A stretch of 64,000 nucleotides of DNA, taken from positions 434,001-498,000 of the forward strand of contig OZ025713.1 in assembly GCA_964019335.1 (NCBI GenBank), read 5' to 3'. The DNA comes from Diplonema japonicum (Eukaryota; Protista; Euglenozoa: Diplonemea). The notes beneath the pieces are model-generated. The model was given only the letters and a program-made list of their open reading frames with translations. It ran no database searches and had not been told where the DNA came from. The position numbers and the translations under genes were made by a program. Below are positions 11,415 to 22,333 of the stretch, piece by piece. Numbering within the stretch: position 1 is the first letter of the stretch; each line of letters begins with the position of its first letter.

Positions 11415-12760
11415 ATAGCTTTTTATAGAATTTTACAGTCGATTCTTTTTGACTTGTTTTTTGTACCCCCTCTCGGGCACTTCAGGAACGATATTTTTGA
11501 CAATGTTGTGGGGGTGGGCCCTGCTGTGGGCACCCTCTCTCTAGAATTGGGACATCCCTTAGTAGCCAAAAAAAAAAAAAGTGTAAAGTGTTAAACAGCC
11601 AGCAAAGCTTGTGGAAAGAGAACACCAAGAAAAAAAAAGAGAGAGAAAAAAAGACCAGGACCACCCCCGATAACGTATAATTAAGAATAAAAATTGTGGG
11701 GGGGGAAGGATACTGAGGTCTGGCACCAGCGGATGAGGATGCGGGAAAGGGGGTTGCACTGCTTTCCCTGCCAAAGCTAGTCGAGGGTGCACACCTTGCG
11801 ACATATGGGGCCCGACGGCACATGGTGACGACAGGAGACCACTTTTCTCCTCGAGCCAAACAGCCCCTTACCTTGCATGACTCCATGTAATGTTCCTCGC
11901 CCAGATGCCGTCCATCTCATCACGACAAACAGCCACCGCAGGCACCAGACAGCAACCGCAGTACGGTGACCGATTAGTGTGGATTTCTACTTGAACAGTG
12001 AACACTCCCCTATGTGCACTGAAGCTTTATCGATTTTTTTAATTTTTTTTATTTGCTTCCAAGCTTTCTCTTGAAACTTTTGATTGTTACCTCAAGTTAG
12101 TTACCGTTCTTACTGAGCGCCGTTTGACTTTGTCACCTTGATGTTAAAAGATCGACTTTTTTTTTCTTCTTCTTTTTTTTATTTTTTATTTTCTTCTGAT
12201 GACCGTGGTGGTCGAGCTTTCTTTACCTCTCCACTTTCGGGGCGAAGTTTAACAAGGGTGACCGCTGTGTCACATTCCGCATGGCACCACTAAAATCGAG
12301 TCCCCCCTCCCCCTTCTTCTTCTTTTTTTTTCTTTTTTTTTTTTTTCCAGTGTGTCTTCTCTTTTTGTTGTTCTTCTTTCACAAGCATTATTATTGTGCG
12401 CCTGTGGTGTGGGTTTACCTTCAACATGAATACAAGGGGGGGGGGGGGGGGGGGGAAGAAGAAGAAAAAAAATGGCGCCGGTGGGAGCATCAACGCCAAC
12501 ACAGTGCAAGTACCTGCCGATTTGGCAGGTTCGAAGCTCTGTGCCGGAGGTACCGCATCGTGATCGGCGAGACGTCGGCTCCGTCACAGGTGGGTAGAGT
12601 CTTGGGTCTGGAGTTCGACCTCCAATGCAAGAGATGGAGGATGTGCAGCAAGTGGATCGAAGCCCTGAAACCGGTACTGGAGGACTTCGTGTTTGACAGA
12701 CCCCTACAGCTTCGGAGGTGGTGGAGGCTCTGCGGTCTTGTACTTTGGCATCAGAGGATA

Positions 12761-13573
12761 ATGGAAGAGTCGGAGCTAAGCCGGGAGAAGAAGAACAAAA
12801 TGCTCGTATTTTTCAAGGGGCTGTTGGTGGCTCTCCTGCGGTGCAAACCGCGCAACCCCATCAGCTTCTGTGAGAAGTACGTTGAAGAAAAAGTAGAAGG
12901 CGACGAACTAGAAACCAGCCTGTGCAGAAGCTGGAGGGGAGACTTCAACACCTACGACTTCACCAGAGACACCTCAGACGTGTTCCAAGTAAATAACCGA
13001 GATGTCTATGGGGAGTACGAGACTATTAGAAAAACCCTCGACTTCAACTACCACGGTAACTACTCAAAAACCCGACAAGCAGTCCAAGACATAGCGGTCT
13101 CCGACGTTGTCCTGGGCGGTGAACTCAAATCCGAACCCTGGCTCGTCTACACAGCAGGAGCAATGGGGGCTGGGAAGTCCCATGTTATCAGGTGGATGTC
13201 CGACCACGGGTATTTCCCACTACCGGACATCGTTCAAATAGACCCCGATCGGTTCAAAGAAATGCTCCCAGAATGGCAGGGCTACATGGAGCATGACCCC
13301 ATGCAAGCTGGGGGTAGAATGCGCAAGGAATCCGGGTATCTAGTTGAAATCGCACAGCACAAGGCAATGGACATGGGCAAGAACGTGTGGGTGGACGGGT
13401 CCCTGCCCAGAGCACTGGCTAGGGTTGAGCTGCACACCACATGCATTAAGGACACAACGTGGAACGCAAACGCGGCCGAGGTGCACCCTGTCACTGGTCT
13501 CCTTTACCTCTTTTATTGTTGCGTGGTTTATTTTGTCTTGAAACTACATTTCGCGTTAAAATTTTTGTTTTAA
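12761..13573 (+). pseudogene. 3'-truncated RIIa-Zeta kinase gene (copy 2)
   Basis: Same as 4639-5451; junction at 13406. Confidence 0.85.
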
Positions 13574-13597
13574 TTGAAACCGGCAGGGTTGGCTTAA

Positions 13598-14722
13598 AAT
13601 GAAATCAGATGGTCAAAATAGCAGCGAAAACGTGAGTCTCCCCCGACTGGTCAGATAAAGAGGAAAAAGACGATGAGGCGGTCAAAGAGGGGCCGGAAAC
13701 GATGCTTGGGTGGGAGAAATACTCCCAAAGGCCTGAAACATATCATTTCCGTGAAAAGGTGGGCTTAGGACACCTCTAGGTGAAGCGGCCAATGAGGAGG
13801 GTGTTTTTAATCTTTTTTTGTTACACACGCTCATAGTTTCTTCCACGAACGGTCGTTTCGGTTCAAAAAAACAGCGGAATCTGAATCTTTCCATCCCAGA
13901 GTACAAAATTTGGCTTGGGTTGGTCCTGTTAATGGGTTTACACCCGGCACCGAATATGAAAAGCTACTGGGCAACAGATTCTATTTTAGCCATCCCGGCT
14001 TTTGAGAAAATGAGCAAACCGATTCGTTGACATACAGCGCTACCTCACCTTTGACAACCTGGAAAACATCAGTAAGGCTTGAAACTGCGCCTCATGCACA
14101 GGTTTCTTGACATCATTGTCAACCGGTGTAGGACTGTGCGGACCCCTGGCAAGTGGTTGTCTGTTGACGACAGTGTTATCCCGACAACAATAAAAGTCAT
14201 GGCACCACGAAAAAAAACAACTCGGTGGGCATCAAGGTAATCGCTACATGCGACTCATAAAACGGTTACCTGGCGAATTTCAACATTTTCAGCAAGAAGT
14301 CCACAACACAGGACCTAGTCATGCATACTGTCGACTCCTATGGGTTTGCTGTCGACCCCTGACCGGCAAGACCAGCTCCAGGGGACTGGAGTTTGGCATA
14401 TGAAAACCCGGAAGTAGTCGTTATTTATTGGGTTCTGGAAAGCTGTGTTGCCAACTCCTCCATAATCTGGAAGAAGAGCAGGGAATGTGGCAAAAATTAT
14501 GGCTTCCCGAGCTTCAAAGAAGAACTTGTTGGCAAGCTTCTCACCCATGCCAGGTGCAAACGTGGTGCCCCTGTTGCAACCCCCCCTTATGCAAAACGTG
14601 TTTTTTACCCTTGCATGCTACCCCAGCTGGAAAAAAAACTCACAAGTTGCTTTTTTCATCCCACAGCCCCAAAAAGTCTCCAGACTGACCTCAATCCTAG
14701 AGTTCAGGGCACCAAATAGGGC
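13598..14722 (+). mobile_element. piggyBac relic B (copy 2)
   Basis: Same as 5476-6600. Confidence 0.75.
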
Positions 14723-14921
14723 TGAATGCTGCCTTTTTTAGCCCAGCCATAACTCCACGGACCCCCCACGACAAGACCCCCCAAAATCGGACATAAAAAG
14801 TACACCCTCAACCCCCCTCTTACACACATAGTTAAGTGTTCTCATCTGAATCTGGCACCTGGAATTGAAAATTTTAGTACCGTTTACCCTTTCCTTGCAC
14901 CTTCCTATGGTTGCATGCTGC

Positions 14922-15202
14922 CCTTTTTTTTGAGTATTTAAAGCAACAACGAATGTGTCCTACCATCGCAGCACCCACCTTCTCACGGAGGTGATGCCGT
15001 TGATCGGCGATCTCATCTACGGCAACAACGGGCGGAGGTGGGCCGCCTGAGGCACAGGTTGTTCTTCTCACACCACCCGCGCGCCCACTCGTAGCCCAGG
15101 TCGTCGTCCGTGAGCTGCTGGCAGGAGATTGCAAGCCCTTGGGCGAGGCTTGAAACCCTGCGGTAGCTCAACGGGGCGCCGGCCTGTATCTGCTCCTTCA
15201 CT
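14922..15202 (-). mobile_element. pogo/CENP-B HTH fragment (copy 2)
   Basis: Same as 6800-7080. Confidence 0.55.
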
Positions 15203-15385
15203 GTTTCCCGCGGAGCAGCCTGTCTGTCTCACTTCAGGTTTAGGTTTTAGGTTTTTTTATTTTCTAGAGGTTCTTCTTCTTCATTTGACTCCTGCAGCCT
15301 TCGAGACAAAGCACGCAGGGAAAATACATTAGAAAAAAAGAAAAAGAAAGAAAAAAAAAAAAAAAAAAAACAATATTAAAAGAAC

Positions 15386-17053
15386 ATGAATGGAAAGAGA
15401 GAGGGATCAGGTGAAGAGGTGAACGATATGACAGTGTTCGCGAAGACGGGAGGCGGGGTTCACGATGTGGAAGTGTCGGGGAAGGAGACGGTGGGGATCC
15501 TGTACAAGAAGGCGGGGTGTGCTGCTGGTTTACTCGAAGGCAAGTTCGAACTGGTTTGGGAGGGAGAGGTCCTGGACAGGAACGGGGGTGAAGATATCCA
15601 GGAACTCGGGCTCGTGGAGGGCAGCGTGGTCCATGTGGAGGCGAAGAAGATGAGAACCGTTCAGCTGGAGGAGCTTGAGAGCTCAGAAGTGGTTTCAGAG
15701 CTTGAGGAGCTTGTGACAGCTGTCCCTGAGCTGGTTCTGGTGGTGGAGGTGGGGAACTCGCCAGCTGTCGAAGTCTTGTCCATGAAGACGATGGTCCTTC
15801 CTTCCGGACTTCGGTTCCTCGTTGTCACCGACTCCACAGGCTGTGTTACAAGGATAGGCTCTGGGTTTCTTCAAGAGTGCGACCACCTGACGTCTGTTGA
15901 TCTCATCCTCCCCAATGTTTCCACCATTGATGATTTCTTTTTATATGAGTGCAAAAATCTAGAAACCATCAACTTGAATGCGATGACCAATCTTTCTTCT
16001 ATTGGTCATTACTTCTTGTATGGGTGCGAAAAACTAGAAACCATCGACTTGAATGCGATGACCAATCTTTCTTCTATTGGTGATAGCTTCTTGCATGGGT
16101 GCGTAAAACTAGAAACCATCGACTTGAATGCGATGACCAATCTTTCTTCTATTGGTCATTACTTCTTGTATGGGTGCGAAAAACTAGAAACCATCGACTT
16201 GAATGCGATGACCAATCTTTCTTCTATTGGTGATAGCTTCTTGCATGGGTGCGTAAAACTAGAAACCATCAACTTGAATGCGATGACCAATCTTTCTTCC
16301 ATTGGTCATTGCTTCTTGTATGGGTGCGAAAAACTAGAAACCATCGACTTGAATACGTTGACCAATCTTTCTTCCATTGGTCATAACTTCTTGTCTTGGT
16401 GCGAAAAACTAGAAACCATCAACTTGAATGCGATGACCAATCTTTCTTCCATTGGTCATTGCTTCTTGTATGGGTGCGAAAAACTAGAAACCATCGACTT
16501 GAATACGTTGACCAATCTTTCTTCCATTGGTAATCGCTTCTTGTTTGAGTGCAAAAAACTAGAAACCATCGACTTGAATGCGATGACCAATCTTTCTTCC
16601 ATTGGTATTGGCTTCTTGTCTTGGTGCGAAAAACTAGAAACCATCAACTTGAATGCGATGACCAATCTTTCTTCTATTGGTCATTACTTCTTGTATGGGT
16701 GCGAAAAACTAGAAACCATCGACTTGAATACGTTGACCAATCTTTCTTCCATTGGTGATGGCTTCTTGTCTGGGTGCGAAAAACTAGAAACCATCAACTT
16801 GAATGCGATGACCAATCTTTCTTCCATTGGTGATGACTTCTTGTCTGGGTGCGAAAAACTAGAAACCATCGACTTGAATGCGATGACCAATCTTTCTTCC
16901 ATTGGTCATAACTTCTTGTCTTGGTGCGAAAAACTAGAAACCATCAACTTGAATGCGATGACCAATCTTTCTTCCATTGGTGATGGCTTCTTGGAGGGGT
17001 GCGTAAAAGTAGAAACTGTCGACTTGAATTTAAAAAGAAAAGTCGGTGTTTAG
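15386..17053 (+). CDS. Ubl-LRR protein, copy 3 (14 repeats)
   Basis: 555 aa versus 505 aa: extra HY/YG + DS/HG pair (150 bp) and one T>M substitution. Confidence 0.9.
   Translation: MNGKREGSGEEVNDMTVFAKTGGGVHDVEVSGKETVGILYKKAGCAAGLLEGKFELVWEGEVLDRNGGEDIQELGLVEGSVVHVEAKKMRTVQLEELESSEVVSELEELVTAVPELVLVVEVGNSPAVEVLSMKTMVLPSGLRFLVVTDSTGCVTRIGSGFLQECDHLTSVDLILPNVSTIDDFFLYECKNLETINLNAMTNLSSIGHYFLYGCEKLETIDLNAMTNLSSIGDSFLHGCVKLETIDLNAMTNLSSIGHYFLYGCEKLETIDLNAMTNLSSIGDSFLHGCVKLETINLNAMTNLSSIGHCFLYGCEKLETIDLNTLTNLSSIGHNFLSWCEKLETINLNAMTNLSSIGHCFLYGCEKLETIDLNTLTNLSSIGNRFLFECKKLETIDLNAMTNLSSIGIGFLSWCEKLETINLNAMTNLSSIGHYFLYGCEKLETIDLNTLTNLSSIGDGFLSGCEKLETINLNAMTNLSSIGDDFLSGCEKLETIDLNAMTNLSSIGHNFLSWCEKLETINLNAMTNLSSIGDGFLEGCVKVETVDLNLKRKVGV
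15953..17029 (+). repeat. 75-bp coding tandem repeat array (14 units)
   Basis: Direct repeats visible in the sequence. Confidence 0.97.
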
Positions 17054-17515
17054 AAGAAGAAGAAAAAAAGAGGGGAAAAAAAAGAAGAAAAAAGAACACC
17101 CTGGCGCTGAGAAACATCTTTGTGGAAAAACCAACGAAAAGCAATCCAATACCTCGAAGACACCGGGGACCTGCCCCCCTCCGCAACAACTCCACAACAA
17201 CCATCTAACCTGCTGAAGTAGCATGCCGATCAGAAGGCGGCTGAGGCACTTGTCATTTAATCAGAATCCCGAGATCCCATCCCTGATCCCCAAATAGAGA
17301 GTGTACCATCCTGTTTCTCGAGGAAACAGAGAACCTACCCCCTCCCCACCACAGCACCCGACCAATCAGATGCAGCAGTGTGAAAAAAAAAAAAGCCCCC
17401 CTCTCCCCAAACAAAACAAACAAACAAACAAACAAACATTTCCCCACCCCCGATAACGTATAATTAAAAAAAAATATGGGGGGGGCAGGATACTGAGGTC
17501 CGGCACCCTTAGTAA

Positions 17516-17573
<58 letters not shown>

Positions 17574-17928
17574 GTAAAGTGTTAAACAGCCAGCAAAGCT
17601 TGTGGAAAGAGAACACCAAGAAAAAAAAAGAGAGAGAAAAAAAGACCAGGACACCCCCTCCCCGGTCGTGAGAGGCCTATGGGTGTGGCACGCCATGTCT
17701 GAAACGTTTAGCTCCCTTGAAGCTCACACCAGTGTGCGAGTTTGGCCCATTTTATTTTGGCACGTTGGCGATGGCTGTGGTGGTCGTCGCAAGAGCGCCT
17801 GCAGGAAGTATTGGACGATAACAGTTAATGGGTTTCGTTTTTCTTCTTTTTTTCTTCTTTTTCTTCTTAGTTTATCACCGTTCTTACTGAGCGCCATTTG
17901 ACTTGTCACCTTGATGTTAAAAGATCGA

Positions 17929-17965
<37 letters not shown>

Positions 17966-18190
17966 TGCAGGCCGTTGCTAACCACTTCGTTCTGTTATTT
18001 TCATTATTCTTTCCGGCGATAGACTGATACGGGCCATGGAAGCAACCTCTGCTTAATTCCTGGTACGTGGGAGGCTCCTCTGAGGATGTCAGTCACCTTT
18101 TTCCCTTTTTTATTCGACTCTCTGTTTTCGTATGCAGTATTTATTCTTTTCCACCCCTTTTTATCTATTTTTTCGCTTCTCTATTCTAAC

Positions 18191-19694
18191 TTAACCATCT
18201 ATCAACGAGCGTCTATATATAGACGATTTGAAAAAAAATCTTTTACGCAAAGGGCTTTCAATGCAATACGGCCCGGCTCTTTCTTGCCGGCGGGGTCCTG
18301 GAAAATATGAAAAATATAAACTAAATGCTGCCCTAACTTAACAAGAAAATGAAAAAATAAAAAAAACGCCAGCCCAAATTTACCCTTAAAAATCACTTCA
18401 AAAAAAGGCGCCCGGAAAGAGGCCGGAAGAGGACGTCATGAGTGATGGCAGCACTGATGGCTCATCCCTATTATGCAATTTTGATACAAACAGTGATTCT
18501 GACACGAATTCGACCGATTCCGAGTCACAGCAGGGTGATTGGACGGCAAAGCCGGAGCAGTTGGAAGGCATCCGGTTTCGTGAAGATCGGAATCCTTGTG
18601 GACCCTGTTTTGACATCAAAGGCTCAACGCCATACCATATATTCTCCCAAATGCTCGTCCCAAACTTTATTCGGGTCATAACTTCGAACAATGTGGCAAA
18701 TGCGGCTAAAAAAGGTGTCTCCCTGGATCTTGGATATCAAGTCAGATTATTCTGATTACTGGTGCACTGGCTCCACGTTTCTCAACTACACCCCTGGGTA
18801 CGCCACCGTCATGTCAAGAGACCGCTTTTTGACTATTCTGGGAAATCTGTGTTTCCACAGCGAAACAAACAAGCGTGCTGACTTCTACCTATCGCCAAGG
18901 CCTCCCGGAGATCATGGATGCCCCAAAGAAGCGAGGCCGCAAGCCCAAGGACGCGCATCCCGTGGGGACACAGTTCCACCAGCACGCGAGCATCCTTTGC
19001 ACCACAACGTGGCATGACATCAAGCCTGTGTGCTTTCTATCGACGTTGGATGTTCCAGTGAAGTCAAATTTGACCGTCCGCCAAAAGAGAATGAAAGCCG
19101 GAAAGGACATCTTGTTCCCACCAAGTGCATATTTACAACACCGCAATGGGCGGAACCGACGCTGGGTGATGCTGTGACAAAACGCCATAAACGCACCCTT
19201 ATGACTTAAAAGTGGCCCCTAAAAGTATTTTCGTACTTGTTAGGTAAATCTCTGGCGAATGCTTGGCTTGTTTGGAAAGAAGCCTTGCCCCCCAACACCC
19301 TGAGTACGAACGACAGTGTATTGACGCCTTTCAGAGAGGCAGTCATCGAAGGGCTACTAGGGGAGGCAGTCTAAACAACAGATAAAGTCAACTACAGAGC
19401 AGGCTGCCCCAATACCATGCCCCGAAACACAGAACGAGTGCTCTGAGACCCCAATGCGCCGTGACAGTACCTTCTGGGGCCATTTCCCCGAAAAAGTAGT
19501 GCAACGTGCGGTGCAAGCATTTCAAGTCGAAAAGACCCCTATTTCAGTGTTCAGCCTGCTTGGTACAACTTTGCGTGACTCCGTGCTTCAAAGACTGCCA
19601 CCTTGCCGGGGATACCCCCAGAAACCCCTCCCGGGGTCAAAAAAGAAGTCCCCCAGCCCTGGGGCACGTACGAACCGCGTCAAGAAGGCCTTAA
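18191..19694 (+). mobile_element. piggyBac relic A (copy 3)
   Basis: Near-identical to 1789-3292. Confidence 0.8.
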
Positions 19695-21040
19695 ATAGCT
19701 TTTTATAGAATTTTACAGTCGATTCTTTTTGACTTGTTTTTTGTACCCCCTCTCGGGCACTTCAGGAACGATATTTTTGACAATGTTGTGGGGGTGGGCC
19801 CTGCTGTGGGCACCCTCTCTCTAGAATTGGGACATCCCTTAGTAGCCAAAAAAAAAAAAAGTGTAAAGTGTTAAACAGCCAGCAAAGCTTGTGGAAAGAG
19901 AACACCAAGAAAAAAAAAGAGAGAGAAAAAAAGACCAGGACCACCCCCGATAACGTATAATTAAGAATAAAAATTGTGGGGGGGGAAGGATACTGAGGTC
20001 TGGCACCAGCGGATGAGGATGCGGGAAAGGGGGTTGCACTGCTTTCCCTGCCAAAGCTAGTCGAGGGTGCACACCTTGCGACATATGGGGCCCGACGGCA
20101 CATGGTGACGACAGGAGACCACTTTTCTCCTCGAGCCAAACAGCCCCTTACCTTGCATGACTCCATGTAATGTTCCTCGCCCAGATGCCGTCCATCTCAT
20201 CACGACAAACAGCCACCGCAGGCACCAGACAGCAACCGCAGTACGGTGACCGATTAGTGTGGATTTCTACTTGAACAGTGAACACTCCCCTATGTGCACT
20301 GAAGCTTTATCGATTTTTTTAATTTTTTTTATTTGCTTCCAAGCTTTCTCTTGAAACTTTTGATTGTTACCTCAAGTTAGTTACCGTTCTTACTGAGCGC
20401 CGTTTGACTTTGTCACCTTGATGTTAAAAGATCGACTTTTTTTTTCTTCTTCTTTTTTTTATTTTTTATTTTCTTCTGATGACCGTGGTGGTCGAGCTTT
20501 CTTTACCTCTCCACTTTCGGGGCGAAGTTTAACAAGGGTGACCGCTGTGTCACATTCCGCATGGCACCACTAAAATCGAGTCCCCCCTCCCCCTTCTTCT
20601 TCTTTTTTTTTCTTTTTTTTTTTTTTCCAGTGTGTCTTCTCTTTTTGTTGTTCTTCTTTCACAAGCATTATTATTGTGCGCCTGTGGTGTGGGTTTACCT
20701 TCAACATGAATACAAGGGGGGGGGGGGGGGGGGGGAAGAAGAAGAAAAAAAATGGCGCCGGTGGGAGCATCAACGCCAACACAGTGCAAGTACCTGCCGA
20801 TTTGGCAGGTTCGAAGCTCTGTGCCGGAGGTACCGCATCGTGATCGGCGAGACGTCGGCTCCGTCACAGGTGGGTAGAGTCTTGGGTCTGGAGTTCGACC
20901 TCCAATGCAAGAGATGGAGGATGTGCAGCAAGTGGATCGAAGCCCTGAAACCGGTACTGGAGGACTTCGTGTTTGACAGACCCCTACAGCTTCGGAGGTG
21001 GTGGAGGCTCTGCGGTCTTGTACTTTGGCATCAGAGGATA

Positions 21041-22333
21041 ATGGAAGAGTCGGAGCTAAGCCGGGAGAAGAAGAACAAAATGCTCGTATTTTTCAAGGGG
21101 CTGTTGGTGGCTCTCCTGCGGTGCAAACCGCGCAACCCCATCAGCTTCTGTGAGAAGTACGTTGAAGAAAAAGTAGAAGGCGACGAACTAGAAACCAGCC
21201 TGTGCAGAAGCTGGAGGGGAGACTTCAACACCTACGACTTCACCAGAGACACCTCAGACGTGTTCCAAGTAAATAACCGAGATGTCTATGGGGAGTACGA
21301 GACTATTAGAAAAACCCTCGACTTCAACTACCACGGTAACTACTCAAAAACCCGACAAGCAGTCCAAGACATAGCGGTCTCCGACGTTGTCCTGGGCGGT
21401 GAACTCAAATCCGAACCCTGGCTCGTCTACACAGCAGGAGCAATGGGGGCTGGGAAGTCCCATGTTATCAGGTGGATGTCCGACCACGGGTATTTCCCAC
21501 TACCGGACATCGTTCAAATAGACCCCGATCGGTTCAAAGAAATGCTCCCAGAATGGCAGGGCTACATGGAGCATGACCCCATGCAAGCTGGGGGTAGAAT
21601 GCGCAAGGAATCCGGGTATCTAGTTGAAATCGCACAGCACAAGGCAATGGACATGGGCAAGAACGTGTGGGTGGACGGGTCCCTGCGGGACGGGGAGTGG
21701 TACGCAAGGCAGCTAAAGATCATCAAGGAAAAATACCCGCATTACAGGGTGGCCATCATACACGTGTTGGCGGACTTCGACATCGTTGTGAACAGAGCAG
21801 ATGAACGAGGGGTGTCGACTGGGAGGTACGTACCTGTTGAGGAGATCAAGGACAGTTTTGAAAGAGTCCCTCTTGTTGAGGAACTCTCAAAGTTGTGCGA
21901 TTTCGTTGCGCACATCCGTAACAACGGAGGCGATCCAAAGCTTGAGGTATACTGTCACGACAGCGAACGACACACCGCCGGGGACTGGGAGGCCGTTCGT
22001 AACCGGTTCGCCACCCACAACGAACTGACCCAAAGCTGGTCCGCGCACGTCCACGAAACCCTGCGCACCCACGACGTCGTCCTGTTCACGAAATCCTACT
22101 GTAGTTACTGTAAGAAGGTCATCAAGCTGCTACACGACTACGTAGATCTTCCTGGTGCGCTTCACATTGTGGAGCTGGACACCCTTGCCATAGGCGGGGT
22201 TGGCATACAGCTGGAGCTCGGAAAGATTACAGGCGTGCGCACTGTTCCTCTGTTATTCTACAAGGGTGTTTTTCGTGGGACGTGTGACGACGCTACCTAT
22301 TATGCTAATTTTTGCAGGAAAATGCTCTTTTGA
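21041..22333 (+). CDS. RIIa D/D-like + Zeta-toxin-like P-loop kinase + glutaredoxin fusion protein (intact copy)
   Basis: FKGLLVALLRCKPRNPISFCEKY (RIIa-like), Walker A AGAMGAGKS, IDPDRFK, VDGSLR (Zeta family), then VVLFTKSYCSYCKK..TVPLLF..GTCDD (Grx). Start placed at MEESEL because the upstream frame runs through homopolymers. Confidence 0.85.
   Translation: MEESELSREKKNKMLVFFKGLLVALLRCKPRNPISFCEKYVEEKVEGDELETSLCRSWRGDFNTYDFTRDTSDVFQVNNRDVYGEYETIRKTLDFNYHGNYSKTRQAVQDIAVSDVVLGGELKSEPWLVYTAGAMGAGKSHVIRWMSDHGYFPLPDIVQIDPDRFKEMLPEWQGYMEHDPMQAGGRMRKESGYLVEIAQHKAMDMGKNVWVDGSLRDGEWYARQLKIIKEKYPHYRVAIIHVLADFDIVVNRADERGVSTGRYVPVEEIKDSFERVPLVEELSKLCDFVAHIRNNGGDPKLEVYCHDSERHTAGDWEAVRNRFATHNELTQSWSAHVHETLRTHDVVLFTKSYCSYCKKVIKLLHDYVDLPGALHIVELDTLAIGGVGIQLELGKITGVRTVPLLFYKGVFRGTCDDATYYANFCRKMLF

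Larger units (their letters stand above)
1..21686 (+). repeat. Tandem segmental amplification, unit ~8.1-8.3 kb: partial unit 1-5284, full units 5285-13406 and 13407-21686
   Basis: ORF sets recur at offsets of +8122 and +8280. Units differ only by homopolymer lengths, a few SNPs and LRR unit number. The junction follows ...GGACGGGTCCCTGC at 5284/13406; the third copy continues into unique sequence at 21687. Confidence 0.97.

Noticed and set aside
20561-20794. N-terminal poly-Phe/poly-Gly extension of the kinase ORF (also at 4159 and 12281)
   Set aside because: Translation of T and G homopolymer tracts; probably non-coding.
21041-22333. Bacterial epsilon/zeta toxin-antitoxin operon or contamination
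   Set aside because: No antitoxin ORF, eukaryote-type RIIa fusion and eukaryotic TE context.
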